Below are positions 27,914 to 37,226 of a stretch of DNA of 64,000 nucleotides, one piece after another; position 1 is the stretch's first letter, and every line of letters starts with the position of its first letter. Origin of the DNA: a virus; the IMG/VR virus record IMGVR_UViG_3300031994_000101, positions 1-64,000 of that record. One strand, 5' to 3'. The position numbers and the translations under genes were made by a program. The notes under the pieces were generated by a model. The model saw only the letters and a program-made list of their open reading frames with translations, searched no databases and had not been told where the DNA came from.

Positions 27914-28213
27914 ATGAAAGAGAACGAAATTAAGCAAGTGTTCGATGACGTTCAGCAGCGGCTCGAAACCCTGCAGGGCAGCGACGCCTCGTTTATGTTC
28001 ATCGGCCATCAGGGCAACCATTTTGTGATTAGTGGCAAGACCAACGAGATTTCGGCGCAGATACTCTTTGCGATGATGCGCTATCCCGTCATCCGCGATA
28101 TTATCAAAGAGTGTGCCGCACGGTACGACGGCCTGAATGCCGAGTATGGCAGTAATTTTCGCAACGTGAAGATGGATCACCTGATAGAACAGAACTCCGG
28201 AAACGGGAATTAA
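27914..28213 (+). CDS. hypothetical protein (99 aa)
   Basis: ORF. Confidence 0.45.
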   Translation: MKENEIKQVFDDVQQRLETLQGSDASFMFIGHQGNHFVISGKTNEISAQILFAMMRYPVIRDIIKECAARYDGLNAEYGSNFRNVKMDHLIEQNSGNGN

Positions 28214-28225
28214 AATCGTTATGTT

Positions 28226-28762
28226 ATGGATAAAGTGTGTGATACCTGTCAATATGGTATGAGAGTCGAAGAGGGCAGGTTATGCTGCACATACGCAGGC
28301 ATCTGCCATACGCCAGACGGAGATAAAACAGCATGGACTCTGAACAAGGAACAGCAGTATGGCGAGCTGAAAGGCCGCCGGTTCCGCCCGACGTTCAGCT
28401 CTCCGATTGACTATTTCGAAATCCGGGGCTACGATGCCGAGCGCGACATGGTGCTGACAACGGCGCACCCCAAGGACGGCTCGCCCTTCGATGACGAGAT
28501 AGAGGAACGCTATCTGGTGGGAGCCTTCGAGACTGGCGCCTACAAGGCTGTCAACGACATGCCTGTGGACGAGCGGACGTTTGACATCATGGCACGGTCA
28601 TATCTCGACATGATGCCTCCTGTGGTAACGCGCAAGCAGAAGTTCAATGGTCCATGCTGCGACCGATGCCAGCACCGCTTCGGCACGACCAGCAACCACG
28701 AGTGGTGCCAGCAGCATTATCAAAACAACAGATGTTATAGATTTAAACTGGAGAAACAATGA
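28226..28762 (+). CDS. Cys-rich hypothetical protein (178 aa)
   Basis: ORF; CDTCQYG..CCTYAGICH and ..CCDRCQHRFG clusters. Confidence 0.5.
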   Translation: MDKVCDTCQYGMRVEEGRLCCTYAGICHTPDGDKTAWTLNKEQQYGELKGRRFRPTFSSPIDYFEIRGYDAERDMVLTTAHPKDGSPFDDEIEERYLVGAFETGAYKAVNDMPVDERTFDIMARSYLDMMPPVVTRKQKFNGPCCDRCQHRFGTTSNHEWCQQHYQNNRCYRFKLEKQ

Positions 28763-29154
28763 TAGAACAAAATGAAGTGGCCATGATGCCACCTGAGAAC
28801 GGACAAAAGATGCTTCAGTTGGAAGAGCGCATCAACGGCGAACTGCAAACTTATCTGCGGCATCATGCCGACAAACAGGAGGCAGAACTGATATGTCGCG
28901 CCAATATGACGCTTTACAATATGGCGCAGTGCCGTGGCGTCAGTCTATGGAAATTATGTTTTGAGGTTATGCCGCAATGGGAAGCGTCAGAACCGAAAAT
29001 TGACACAATGCAGCAAGATGGAAACGTAACTATGAATATTGACTACGACCTGCACCTCGTGCCCATCGTGATAGACTGGGAACACGGGCCAAGCTATTGG
29101 GAGAAGAAATACCGAGATCTGAAAGAGCGCGTGGCAGGACTATTAGAGGATTAA
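28759..29154 (+). CDS. hypothetical protein (131 aa)
   Basis: ORF. Confidence 0.5.
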   Translation: MIEQNEVAMMPPENGQKMLQLEERINGELQTYLRHHADKQEAELICRANMTLYNMAQCRGVSLWKLCFEVMPQWEASEPKIDTMQQDGNVTMNIDYDLHLVPIVIDWEHGPSYWEKKYRDLKERVAGLLED

Positions 29155-29167
29155 GGAGGACTGAGCG

Positions 29168-29692
29168 ATGAAAATAGAGGAAGGCAAGCAGTATTACTTC
29201 TACGACGACAGGGCAGAGGAAGATGTGTGCAAGGCTCATGTGTTGCACATTCTGCCCCACCCGGAGCGAGAAGACGACAGGTTGATTGTATATCGCTGGT
29301 ACGGCAAGCACCGGCAGCGTTGGTGGTATGGCACGACAACCGTCAGCCAGCAGGAACTATGGGCTGACTATGTTCAAAAGGTCATCGCCTGTAGGAAGAA
29401 TCGGAGGATGTGCCGGAAATGCGGACAATGCGGCTACTACATGGCCTATGTAAAGACAGACGGCACGAAAGACCACTACGGCGACTGTGCCAGCATTGGC
29501 ATGAATAAAGAATGCGACGAGAGGAACAACCACTACAAGGGTCCCGTCGAACTTCTTCTGCAAGTGGACGAAAAAGAGGATGCCTGCGGATTCTTCAAGA
29601 CGAAGCGTATCAAGCGAGTCAAGGAGTACATCAAGACGCACCCCAAAGACTACTACCAAGAAACGAACTTCAAGCCGCTGCCAGTGCGATGA
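29168..29692 (+). CDS. hypothetical protein (174 aa), Cys-rich
   Basis: ORF preceded by GGAGGACTGAGCG-ATG. Confidence 0.5.
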   Translation: MKIEEGKQYYFYDDRAEEDVCKAHVLHILPHPEREDDRLIVYRWYGKHRQRWWYGTTTVSQQELWADYVQKVIACRKNRRMCRKCGQCGYYMAYVKTDGTKDHYGDCASIGMNKECDERNNHYKGPVELLLQVDEKEDACGFFKTKRIKRVKEYIKTHPKDYYQETNFKPLPVR

Positions 29693-29744
29693 GCAAATTC
29701 TCTTTCAACAAACGAATTTAACGAATTGACACTAATAAAGAAAT

Positions 29745-30254
29745 ATGATAGAAAGATTTTTTTATGAAACATTAAGCGAAGAACTGACGATGCGCGGGTT
29801 TTTCGTTGCAACAGAACACGCGCCGGAGAACTGCATAGGCATTTGCGGTATCAATGGCACGGAGAAACGAGTCAAGTATGTGAAGTGTTTGCAGGAGAAC
29901 TACCGTCTGGCTGCAATCAAGAACATTATCTTCAACATCGGAAACGACGGTCGCGGCGATTGCGTAGGCGGATGGTATGAGGTTCTTGTCGGTTCGCGGA
30001 CCAGAGAGCCGTTCCCGATGATATTCATCAATCTGAAGTACAACGAGCGGTACTACAAGATGGCTTATCAGTGCGGAAACATCCGCGACTTCATCCGCGA
30101 CAACGACGGCAAGGAGGCCACGCGCTACGTCGTGGCGTGCATCAAGCACATGACCTCCTCGCTGATGGACGTGCTACACGAATGGATTTCAGATGGCAGA
30201 TTCCCGTTGCACATGTTTGCCGAAGGTTCGGAAGATATTATTATGGAGGACTGA
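29745..30254 (+). CDS. hypothetical protein (169 aa, ends ..IMED)
   Basis: ORF. Confidence 0.5.
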   Translation: MIERFFYETLSEELTMRGFFVATEHAPENCIGICGINGTEKRVKYVKCLQENYRLAAIKNIIFNIGNDGRGDCVGGWYEVLVGSRTREPFPMIFINLKYNERYYKMAYQCGNIRDFIRDNDGKEATRYVVACIKHMTSSLMDVLHEWISDGRFPLHMFAEGSEDIIMED

Positions 30255-30257
30255 GCA

Positions 30258-30659
30258 ATGCAAGCATTTGAAATCAAGACCAACAAGAGCGACTATCCGT
30301 TCCTGATAATCGCCAACGGATTCAAGCGGGCAATCGAGATGCTGTATCAGAAGGGCATCTACGACACTGACATCGTTTCGGTGCAGCAGCTGGAGACATA
30401 CAAGAGCGACCACATCCTAATCGAAGAGCGGCTGACCTCAAAGGAAACGCTCCGCGAGGAAGTGCGCCGCGAGTTGCAGAAGGACATGCCGCGCTGGATG
30501 CCCGAGCCAAACGGCGCGGCTGGCGGCGGCGAACGAGACCGCTATCTGATAAGGACATCAAAAGGGCATTACTTCACATCAAAGGTCATCGGTGGCAACA
30601 ACCACTACCTTGTACTCGACACGCTGGAGCAACTGCCAGGATTACCAATGGAGGACTGA
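30258..30659 (+). CDS. hypothetical protein, paralogue of 33438..33845 product
   Basis: MQAFEIKTNKSDYPFLIIANGF.. vs MKAFEIKTTNSDYPFLVLAEGF.. collinear similarity. Confidence 0.55.
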   Translation: MQAFEIKTNKSDYPFLIIANGFKRAIEMLYQKGIYDTDIVSVQQLETYKSDHILIEERLTSKETLREEVRRELQKDMPRWMPEPNGAAGGGERDRYLIRTSKGHYFTSKVIGGNNHYLVLDTLEQLPGLPMED

Positions 30660-30662
30660 ACT

Positions 30663-31004
30663 ATGGCAGAAAGACGCTACTATATCCGCTTCGGCGGCAT
30701 ACCAAGAAACGAGCAGTCTATTGCATGGACTGCCGAGAACGAAATCAAAGGCAATGAGCCGGGCGTATCAGTATATGATGCTTTGTATCTCGACGAACCA
30801 GATGGAGGCTGGAATTGGCACCTTGTCATGCCGCAGCCCATCACTGAGAAGATGCTGAACACGTTGTACGGTCTCATCAACTACCAAAAACGACAGGTGT
30901 ATATAGTCGAAGGTGAGTTTGTCGGGCGAGGCTCTGACAATGAGCCGTGCATCCGCAATGTTGTCATCGTCGAGAATGTCACTGACAAATTCAAGGTGCT
31001 GTAG
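30663..31004 (+). CDS. hypothetical protein (113 aa)
   Basis: ORF. Confidence 0.5.
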   Translation: MAERRYYIRFGGIPRNEQSIAWTAENEIKGNEPGVSVYDALYLDEPDGGWNWHLVMPQPITEKMLNTLYGLINYQKRQVYIVEGEFVGRGSDNEPCIRNVVIVENVTDKFKVL

Positions 31005-31029
31005 CCCCGCGACAGGTGCGACCACCGGC

Positions 31030-31407
31030 ATGTGGGTGTACGACAGATCTGCGAATCTCTGCTACGTCGAGATAGCGGAGGACGAGGACGTAAAGCACTA
31101 CCGCCTGCACAGCTACGGCATCGAGACTACGTGCCCTGCCGACACGGTGGTATATCCGCTGACGTTCACCACCCAGCGCATAGCCGAGACGGTGCGCAAC
31201 TACTACGACCACTACTTCTACGCCAACATCATGAATGCCGACTTCCGGCGCGAACTGGAAGATGACTTCCATGAACTCATGCACATCGACCTGGTCAGCG
31301 ACGACTACGAAGACCAGTACCACAAAATCATAGAGCGCATGGAAGACCATCTGCAGGAAATGCTCAGACACGCCGAAGCACTGCACATCAGACCAAGGCG
31401 GAAATAA
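31030..31407 (+). CDS. hypothetical protein (ATG 31030 in frame of track ORF 30913..31407)
   Basis: ORF. Confidence 0.4.
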   Translation: MWVYDRSANLCYVEIAEDEDVKHYRLHSYGIETTCPADTVVYPLTFTTQRIAETVRNYYDHYFYANIMNADFRRELEDDFHELMHIDLVSDDYEDQYHKIIERMEDHLQEMLRHAEALHIRPRRK

Positions 31408-31472
31408 TTTTTAACCCAAATTTTTAAATAATTTCCCCGACCGCAAGGGAGGGCTGAAAGACATCAACGACA

Positions 31473-32198
31473 ATGAAGAAAAGAAACTACAAGCGCATCT
31501 TCCGCCCAGGCACGCTGTTCCGCGTGGCGGGCAGCAACGCCGTGTTCATGTCGCTCGGACTGAACCCGAAGGACAACCGGCAAATATTCTCATTCAACGG
31601 TATGGACATCGTGCGCCGCTGTGCCGTGAAGCGTGCCGACGGTCGCGCCGTGCCCGCCACCATGCGCGAGCAGCAGACCTACTGGGCCGTGATGCGCGAG
31701 GTGATAGCACGGCGCGAGGAAGTACCGAAATTCTCGCCGGGCCAATGGATTACTGAAATCAGCACCGGGCGCTACGACCTGGTTGAGAACTACAGCAACG
31801 GCTACTACACCTGCGAGAATAGCGGATTCCCGAAGATCTACGAAGTGTGCTACCGCCGCTGGAACATCAACGACGCACGCCCCGGCGACATCCTCTTCTA
31901 TTACCCCACGCAGATGGCCTTCATCTTTAAGGGTATCGAGGGCGACGACCGCAAGCTGAAGCTCTTCTGCAGCTGCGACACCGAGGAACCCGAACAGCCA
32001 GGAGCCTTCCAGCTCTACGACGAAGACGAGTATTTTGGACGAGTCGACGACCTCGGCATCACCCCCGCCGACAACAAGCAGCGCCGAACGATGCTTGCCA
32101 AGATGTCCAGAGAAGGCTACGACTTAGGCTCTGGCAAGGACGGGCGGCTGGTACTGGTGAAAATACGGAATAACGACAAGGAGGACCCGCAGCCATGA
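31473..32198 (+). CDS. hypothetical protein (241 aa)
   Basis: ORF downstream of A/T-box+hairpin element. Confidence 0.5.
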   Translation: MKKRNYKRIFRPGTLFRVAGSNAVFMSLGLNPKDNRQIFSFNGMDIVRRCAVKRADGRAVPATMREQQTYWAVMREVIARREEVPKFSPGQWITEISTGRYDLVENYSNGYYTCENSGFPKIYEVCYRRWNINDARPGDILFYYPTQMAFIFKGIEGDDRKLKLFCSCDTEEPEQPGAFQLYDEDEYFGRVDDLGITPADNKQRRTMLAKMSREGYDLGSGKDGRLVLVKIRNNDKEDPQP

Positions 32199-32368
32199 CC
32201 CGACAGGAATTTGAGCAGCGTCTCGACGACCTCATTGACGAGTATATCTGCGAAAACGACGACTACGAAGACGTCTGCATCTGCCACACCACATCGTGGC
32301 GGCAACTGCCCGACGAGTGGATGATTGACGTGGCAATCGAGAAACAGAAGAAGCGAAAAATTTTTTAA
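32195..32368 (+). CDS. small acidic hypothetical protein (57 aa)
   Basis: ATGA overlap with upstream stop; manually traced to TAA 32366-68. Confidence 0.3.
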   Translation: MTRQEFEQRLDDLIDEYICENDDYEDVCICHTTSWRQLPDEWMIDVAIEKQKKRKIF

Positions 32369-32423
32369 CCCCAATTTTTTAACCAATTTCCCTGCGCAAG
32401 CAGGCTATAAAACAAACAAGATT

Positions 32424-32906
32424 ATGGAACAGCAGAATCATGACCAGATGGCCGAGCAGTACATCTCGGCAGTAGAGAAACAGAAACAGGAGGAGGGCTA
32501 CACTCCCGACCAGTCATTCACACGCGGCGACATGGAGACGTGCTTCGTCAGCGGCGCACAGTCGATGGAGCGGCTGCAGGTGGGTTGCCAGGGCACGTTC
32601 GGGCAGGCCATCGGCTCGCTCAGGGGCGGTTTCCTCGTGCGCCGCGAGGGATGGAACGGCAAGGGGATGTTCCTCTTTATGCGACCGTTCGACACGCTGC
32701 CCGACAAGATGATCACCGAGCAGGTGAAGTCGCTGCCCTGGAACTTCAAGGAGTGGGTACGCAACCACCCCAACGAGACTCGTCAGCGCTTTTTCGGGTC
32801 GTACATCTGCCTGAAGGCCGCCGACGGCACGATAGCCAACGGATGGCAGCCCTCGCAGACCGACATGCTCACCGACGACTGGGAACTGGTGAGCCCGGAG
32901 GAGTAG
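32424..32906 (+). CDS. DUF2829-like protein (Tad2-like, candidate anti-Thoeris sponge)
   Basis: ..LVRREGWNGKGMFLF.. and C-terminal ..ANGWQPSQTDMLTDDWELV resemble DUF2829 pattern as I recall it. Confidence 0.45.
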   Translation: MEQQNHDQMAEQYISAVEKQKQEEGYTPDQSFTRGDMETCFVSGAQSMERLQVGCQGTFGQAIGSLRGGFLVRREGWNGKGMFLFMRPFDTLPDKMITEQVKSLPWNFKEWVRNHPNETRQRFFGSYICLKAADGTIANGWQPSQTDMLTDDWELVSPEE

Positions 32907-33157
32907 TCCCGCAGCCCTTGACCTGCGCCCGCCTCCGGACGTATCATAGAGACAGCCGCCGGAAAGCCTACTGCGCAGTAGACTTCCGGCGACACCGACG
33001 GCGGTGGCTCGACGAACCCCAACGAGTAATCTCACGCGAAAGGCGGGCGGTGTGGGCAAGCGTGAGGCCCACGGTCCTTTTCATACCGTGCCAGCACCGC
33101 CCGCCAACTTTTAAAAAACGACCACGAATTGAACGAATTTTACGAATTAAGAGCGAT
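32907..33157 (+). other. GC-rich non-coding region dense in inverted repeats (candidate structured RNA / cis site)
   Basis: CTACTGCGCAGTAG perfect palindrome flanked by CCGGAA/TTCCGG; CGCCCGCC / GGCGGGCG / CGCCCGCC alternative pairings. Confidence 0.35.
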
Positions 33158-33409
33158 ATGACAAGACAAGACATTGAGAAGAAAGTCACCGACATACTGG
33201 TGGACAAGCTGGGCGTAGAGCCCGAAGAAGTGAAGAGCGACGCGAACTTTGAGGACGACCTCGGAGGCGACTCCCTCGACTGCGTGGATGTGCTGATGTG
33301 GATAGATCACGAGTTTAATATCCACGTCAGCGATGCCGATGCCTATCAGGCGAAGACCGTCGGCGACATCTGCGACATGGTGGAGCGATACGTAGGAAGT
33401 GAAAAGTGA
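33158..33409 (+). CDS. acpP: acyl carrier protein
   Basis: 84 aa, ..DDLGGDSLDCVDVLMWIDHEFNI.. phosphopantetheine-attachment DSL motif. Confidence 0.8.
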   Translation: MTRQDIEKKVTDILVDKLGVEPEEVKSDANFEDDLGGDSLDCVDVLMWIDHEFNIHVSDADAYQAKTVGDICDMVERYVGSEK

Positions 33410-33437
33410 AACGAAAAACGAAACGATTAAGAGCGAT

Positions 33438-33845
33438 ATGAAAGCATTTGAAATCAAAACCACGAATAGCGACTACCCCTTTCTGGTGTTAGCCGAGGGA
33501 TTCATGGAGGCCGTCGGAATACTGCAGCGCCAGAAGAACGTATGGGACGGCGACATCATAAACGTGCGATTGCTGGATACCTACAATAGCAATCAGATAT
33601 TGGTGAAGGACTTGATTGTTGCCAAAGAATCACTGGAAGAGAAAGTGCGTCACGAACTTCAGAAGAAGATGCCAAAATGGAAGCCCGGACCTAACGGGAT
33701 TTCTGGCAGCGCTCACGGCAACGATCTCTATCTGATACGCTCAGCGCGTGGCTACTACTTCACAGCCAAATGCGTCGGCGGCGCCAACTATTATCTGGAA
33801 CTCGAATCACTGGAACAGTTGGCAGGCCTGCCAAAAAATCAGTAA
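33438..33845 (+). CDS. hypothetical protein, paralogue of 30258..30659 product
   Basis: ATG in AAGAGCGATATG context; similarity along whole length. Confidence 0.55.
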   Translation: MKAFEIKTTNSDYPFLVLAEGFMEAVGILQRQKNVWDGDIINVRLLDTYNSNQILVKDLIVAKESLEEKVRHELQKKMPKWKPGPNGISGSAHGNDLYLIRSARGYYFTAKCVGGANYYLELESLEQLAGLPKNQ

Positions 33846-33860
33846 AATACTAAGAGCGAT

Positions 33861-34643
33861 ATGAAAGCAAAGTGTATCAGGGAGCTGACGATTGACGGCT
33901 ACAGGTTTGAGCCGGGCAAGGAGTACGATATCGAGTGGCGGGCGTTCACCCGCAATGCCGATGAGTGCGACCCCGTGCTGGCTCGCGGCTGCAAGGTGAG
34001 GCATATACGGTATGCCGTGAAGTACGACATGCTCGTGCCACTCCCATTCAGGCAGGGGCTGGAGAAAACGCCCGCCACGCTCTTCCTCTACGACCGCCAG
34101 TACTGCAAGCATGAGCGTTACACCGCCCCGGCCATCGAACCGTTTGGCTGGACTGCGGGCGGCCCGCTGCTCTGCTTCGACGAATTCTTCGAGGAGGTGA
34201 GCGAAGGCATGGACAACAAACCTCTCTTTACCCCCGACATCCTCGGCATGGCGACACACCAACCCGACTGGCCTCGCGGCACCGAGGTCGTGGTGTACGC
34301 CCGCAAGGAGGACCGTGAGAAGGTTCTGATGGTGACATCGAAGAAGGGCTATGTCGTCACTAAGTTCGTAGAGGTCAGCGGGCTGCAGGCCGAACTCATG
34401 GGCGAGGGTCGCTTCATCGCCGCCATGGCCGACTTCTTGCGCCCGAAGCCCGTGCGGTGGGAGCCCTCTCCCTACCCAGTCGTAAAGGCATGGCAAGACC
34501 GTATGCAGAACAACGTCATCTACCCGTCAAGCGAACTCCTCGACCAAATGAAAGCCTTCTTTCCTATGTGGCGCCACCGGATGCTCGGCGGCACACGCCC
34601 GTCGGACGGGCCAAGCCTGAGCAAGGAGCAAGAGACTGAATAA
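33861..34643 (+). CDS. hypothetical protein (260 aa)
   Basis: ORF; AAGAGCGATATG. Confidence 0.5.
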   Translation: MKAKCIRELTIDGYRFEPGKEYDIEWRAFTRNADECDPVLARGCKVRHIRYAVKYDMLVPLPFRQGLEKTPATLFLYDRQYCKHERYTAPAIEPFGWTAGGPLLCFDEFFEEVSEGMDNKPLFTPDILGMATHQPDWPRGTEVVVYARKEDREKVLMVTSKKGYVVTKFVEVSGLQAELMGEGRFIAAMADFLRPKPVRWEPSPYPVVKAWQDRMQNNVIYPSSELLDQMKAFFPMWRHRMLGGTRPSDGPSLSKEQETE

Positions 34644-34705
34644 TTTTTAATCTAATTTTTAATCAATTTCTCGCCGACAGGCGATGATAAAAAACAAAGA
34701 GCGAT

Positions 34706-34867
34706 ATGAAAATAGTAAGATTTGACAGCAAAGGAAACTGCCAGTTCGTTTATTTCAACTGGCGCAAGTTTAAGTTCATGACATCCTGCTGGGCCAACAG
34801 CCTTCAGGGACTGCTCGGCAAGACGAGTGAGAAGAAACATCTGGTAATCGGCTTGTGGAATCATTAA
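34706..34867 (+). CDS. small hypothetical protein (53 aa)
   Basis: AAAAAACAAAGAGCGATATG start context. Confidence 0.35.
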   Translation: MKIVRFDSKGNCQFVYFNWRKFKFMTSCWANSLQGLLGKTSEKKHLVIGLWNH

Positions 34868-34881
34868 AGGAGGACTGAGCC

Positions 34882-35022
34882 ATGGGAGAAATGAAATGGA
34901 AATTTAACCTGTTCGGCATCCGTATCGGGTGGCACAAATACTTTTCAGCCGTTTGTTACGACCGCAGGAACCGTCTCCTGCAAATCGGCAAACTGGAACT
35001 CTGGTTTTATGGATTGAATTAA
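34882..35022 (+). CDS. small hypothetical protein (46 aa)
   Basis: preceded by AAGGAGGACTGAGCC-ATG. Confidence 0.3.
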   Translation: MGEMKWKFNLFGIRIGWHKYFSAVCYDRRNRLLQIGKLELWFYGLN

Positions 35023-35058
35023 ACGGCAGAAGATAACAACAAAAAACAAAAGAGCGAT

Positions 35059-35535
35059 ATGAGAACAATCAAATTCAGAGGGCAAAGGATTAATAACGGG
35101 GAATGGGAATATGGCGACCTTGTTCATGATGACATTGGCGGATGCTACGTATTCCCGACTGAATGCAAAGGTTTATATCGAAACAACAAGGTTGTCTCGC
35201 AGTCTGTTGGCCAGTTCACTGGCTTGAAGGACAAGAACGGAAACGACATCTACGAGGGCGACATACTGCGCTCCGACGACTACCCGTTCTGCGACGACGG
35301 CAACGACAACTACATGGGCGTCGTGTTCTGCGACACAGACGATGCCGTCGGCATGTTTCAAGTCATGCTGTTCGTACTCAAATCATCGGAGAAAAGGGGC
35401 ATCAGCAACTTCATCAACAAGTGCTTCTACGACCTTGACCTGACCAAGGTGGAAGTAATCGGCAACATCTTCGACAATAAAGGACTCTTCCGCGACAGCG
35501 ACGAGGAAATCCTGAAATGGTATCTGGATGACTAA
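35059..35535 (+). CDS. YopX-family phage protein
   Basis: MRTIKFRGQ.., ..VGQFTGLKDKNGNDIYEGDIL.., ..EVIGNIFDNKGLF resemble YopX conserved blocks. Confidence 0.6.
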   Translation: MRTIKFRGQRINNGEWEYGDLVHDDIGGCYVFPTECKGLYRNNKVVSQSVGQFTGLKDKNGNDIYEGDILRSDDYPFCDDGNDNYMGVVFCDTDDAVGMFQVMLFVLKSSEKRGISNFINKCFYDLDLTKVEVIGNIFDNKGLFRDSDEEILKWYLDD

Positions 35536-35551
35536 CTCTCAACTCTGAACT

Positions 35552-36634
35552 ATGAACTATGAACTGAAGTCCATTCCCCAAACCTGGAGCGAGCTCTCGT
35601 GGCAGCAGCTCACGGACTGCTGGCAGGCCAAGATGCGTTACGGCGGCAATGCCGACGTGGCACGCGCCGCCGCCCTGCTGGCCGTCTGCGGACTGACCGT
35701 GGAAGGCCGCGAGCCCGCCGACACCCGGACGGGCGAGACCGTCTACCGCCTGAAGGACCAGAACGGGCAGACGTGGATGACGACGGCCCGCGAACTCGCA
35801 CACCTCGCACGGCAGACAATGCCGTGGTTCGACTGGCCCTACGGCGACCATGGCGACAAGGAAGAGCGCGACGAGCAGGGCGAGGTGATCCGTGAGCGCC
35901 GCGAGGGACATCCGGGCTACGTCAACCAGAACCAGCAGGACTGGCGGGACGCCATGGTGCTGACGGAAGAGACGGTCGAGGTGGCGGGCGTCACCTTTGC
36001 CCTGCCCCAGGGCGCGTGCTCCAACATCACATGGCACCAGTACCGCAGTCTGCAGGCCATCGCGCCGCAGCTGTGGCAGGACGGCCTCACGGACGACGAG
36101 GCACGCTCGCTTCACGCGCAGTTCCTGGCATACATCCTCGTGCCCGCCCCTGCGACGGCAGACACCGGCGACCGCTTCCACACCAAGCCCTCGTTCCGCT
36201 ACGATGCCGAGCGGGCCGAAGCCAGCGTGGCGTTCTGGGAAAACCAGTTATCCATTGAACATGGAACATGGAACATTGAACATTCCCATGCGGCGGGCAG
36301 TGCGCCAGCCAATAATGTTCAATCCTCCATGTTCAATGTTCAATCACCCCTCGTCCTCTTCCACATCTGCTTCCAGGTATGGCAGACTGCGGTGGCCAAC
36401 TTCTACCCCTCCGTGTTCCCCCTCCTCTTCGGCGGCGGCAAGTCCGACCCGCTGCACACCGCCCTCACCGGAGAGACCGACACCATCAATGCCGTAATGA
36501 AGTACCAGGGCTACAGCTCGCCAGAGCAGGTGTATAACACCGAACTGCCCATCATCCTCGGCACGCTCAACACCATGAGCAAAGAGGCCAAGGAGATTGA
36601 GAAGATGAATGCGAAGATAAAGCGCAAGGGCTAA
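35552..36634 (+). CDS. hypothetical protein (360 aa) with internal iteron-like repeat block (candidate replication initiator)
   Basis: ORF; GAACATG/GAACATT x4 and inverted AATGTTC x3 at 36252..36348. Confidence 0.45.
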   Translation: MNYELKSIPQTWSELSWQQLTDCWQAKMRYGGNADVARAAALLAVCGLTVEGREPADTRTGETVYRLKDQNGQTWMTTARELAHLARQTMPWFDWPYGDHGDKEERDEQGEVIRERREGHPGYVNQNQQDWRDAMVLTEETVEVAGVTFALPQGACSNITWHQYRSLQAIAPQLWQDGLTDDEARSLHAQFLAYILVPAPATADTGDRFHTKPSFRYDAERAEASVAFWENQLSIEHGTWNIEHSHAAGSAPANNVQSSMFNVQSPLVLFHICFQVWQTAVANFYPSVFPLLFGGGKSDPLHTALTGETDTINAVMKYQGYSSPEQVYNTELPIILGTLNTMSKEAKEIEKMNAKIKRKG

Positions 36635-36677
36635 GGAAAGAAATTATCAGAAATTACCATTTAATATTTAAGGAGAT

Positions 36678-37223
36678 ATGAAACAAGAGACATTGAAAAA
36701 AGCGAAAGACCTTGAAAATAAAATCAGTGAATACGGAGATTTGCTGCTGAGCAGAGGTGCCAATTATCACACGATGCTCATCAGCATCTCCTGTGCCTAT
36801 TCCAACGACCGGGATATATACCACGGGAGGGTAAGCAAGGAGGTATGGAACAAGATGCTCGACGTGGTGGCAGAGGATGGACTGAAGACTAAGCAGGAGT
36901 TGGAAGCCCTCACCGACGACACGACAGACGCAGACCCGGAGATAATAACCGACGTGCCAGAGGCCGACATGACAGGCGGCAAGTCCAAGCCTGCTGACAA
37001 GCCGCAGAAGGACTCGTGTACGGACAAGTTCATTAGGTCGATGGAACGGCTGGCGAGTTGGATGCTATACTCTATGATCTTCTGCTTCCTGCTCGGAGTG
37101 GCAGGGCTGGAGCTTTCAATACGCGAAGCCGTAGCCTACTCGCTGATGCTCGGCCTGATTACAGGCTCCATCAACAATCTGGAACGGGTAATAAGGGAAC
37201 TTTTCGGAAAGAAGGAGGGCTGA
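36678..37223 (+). CDS. hypothetical protein (181 aa) with C-terminal TM segment
   Basis: ORF, AAGGAGATATG start. Confidence 0.5.
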   Translation: MKQETLKKAKDLENKISEYGDLLLSRGANYHTMLISISCAYSNDRDIYHGRVSKEVWNKMLDVVAEDGLKTKQELEALTDDTTDADPEIITDVPEADMTGGKSKPADKPQKDSCTDKFIRSMERLASWMLYSMIFCFLLGVAGLELSIREAVAYSLMLGLITGSINNLERVIRELFGKKEG

Positions 37224-37226
37224 GAC

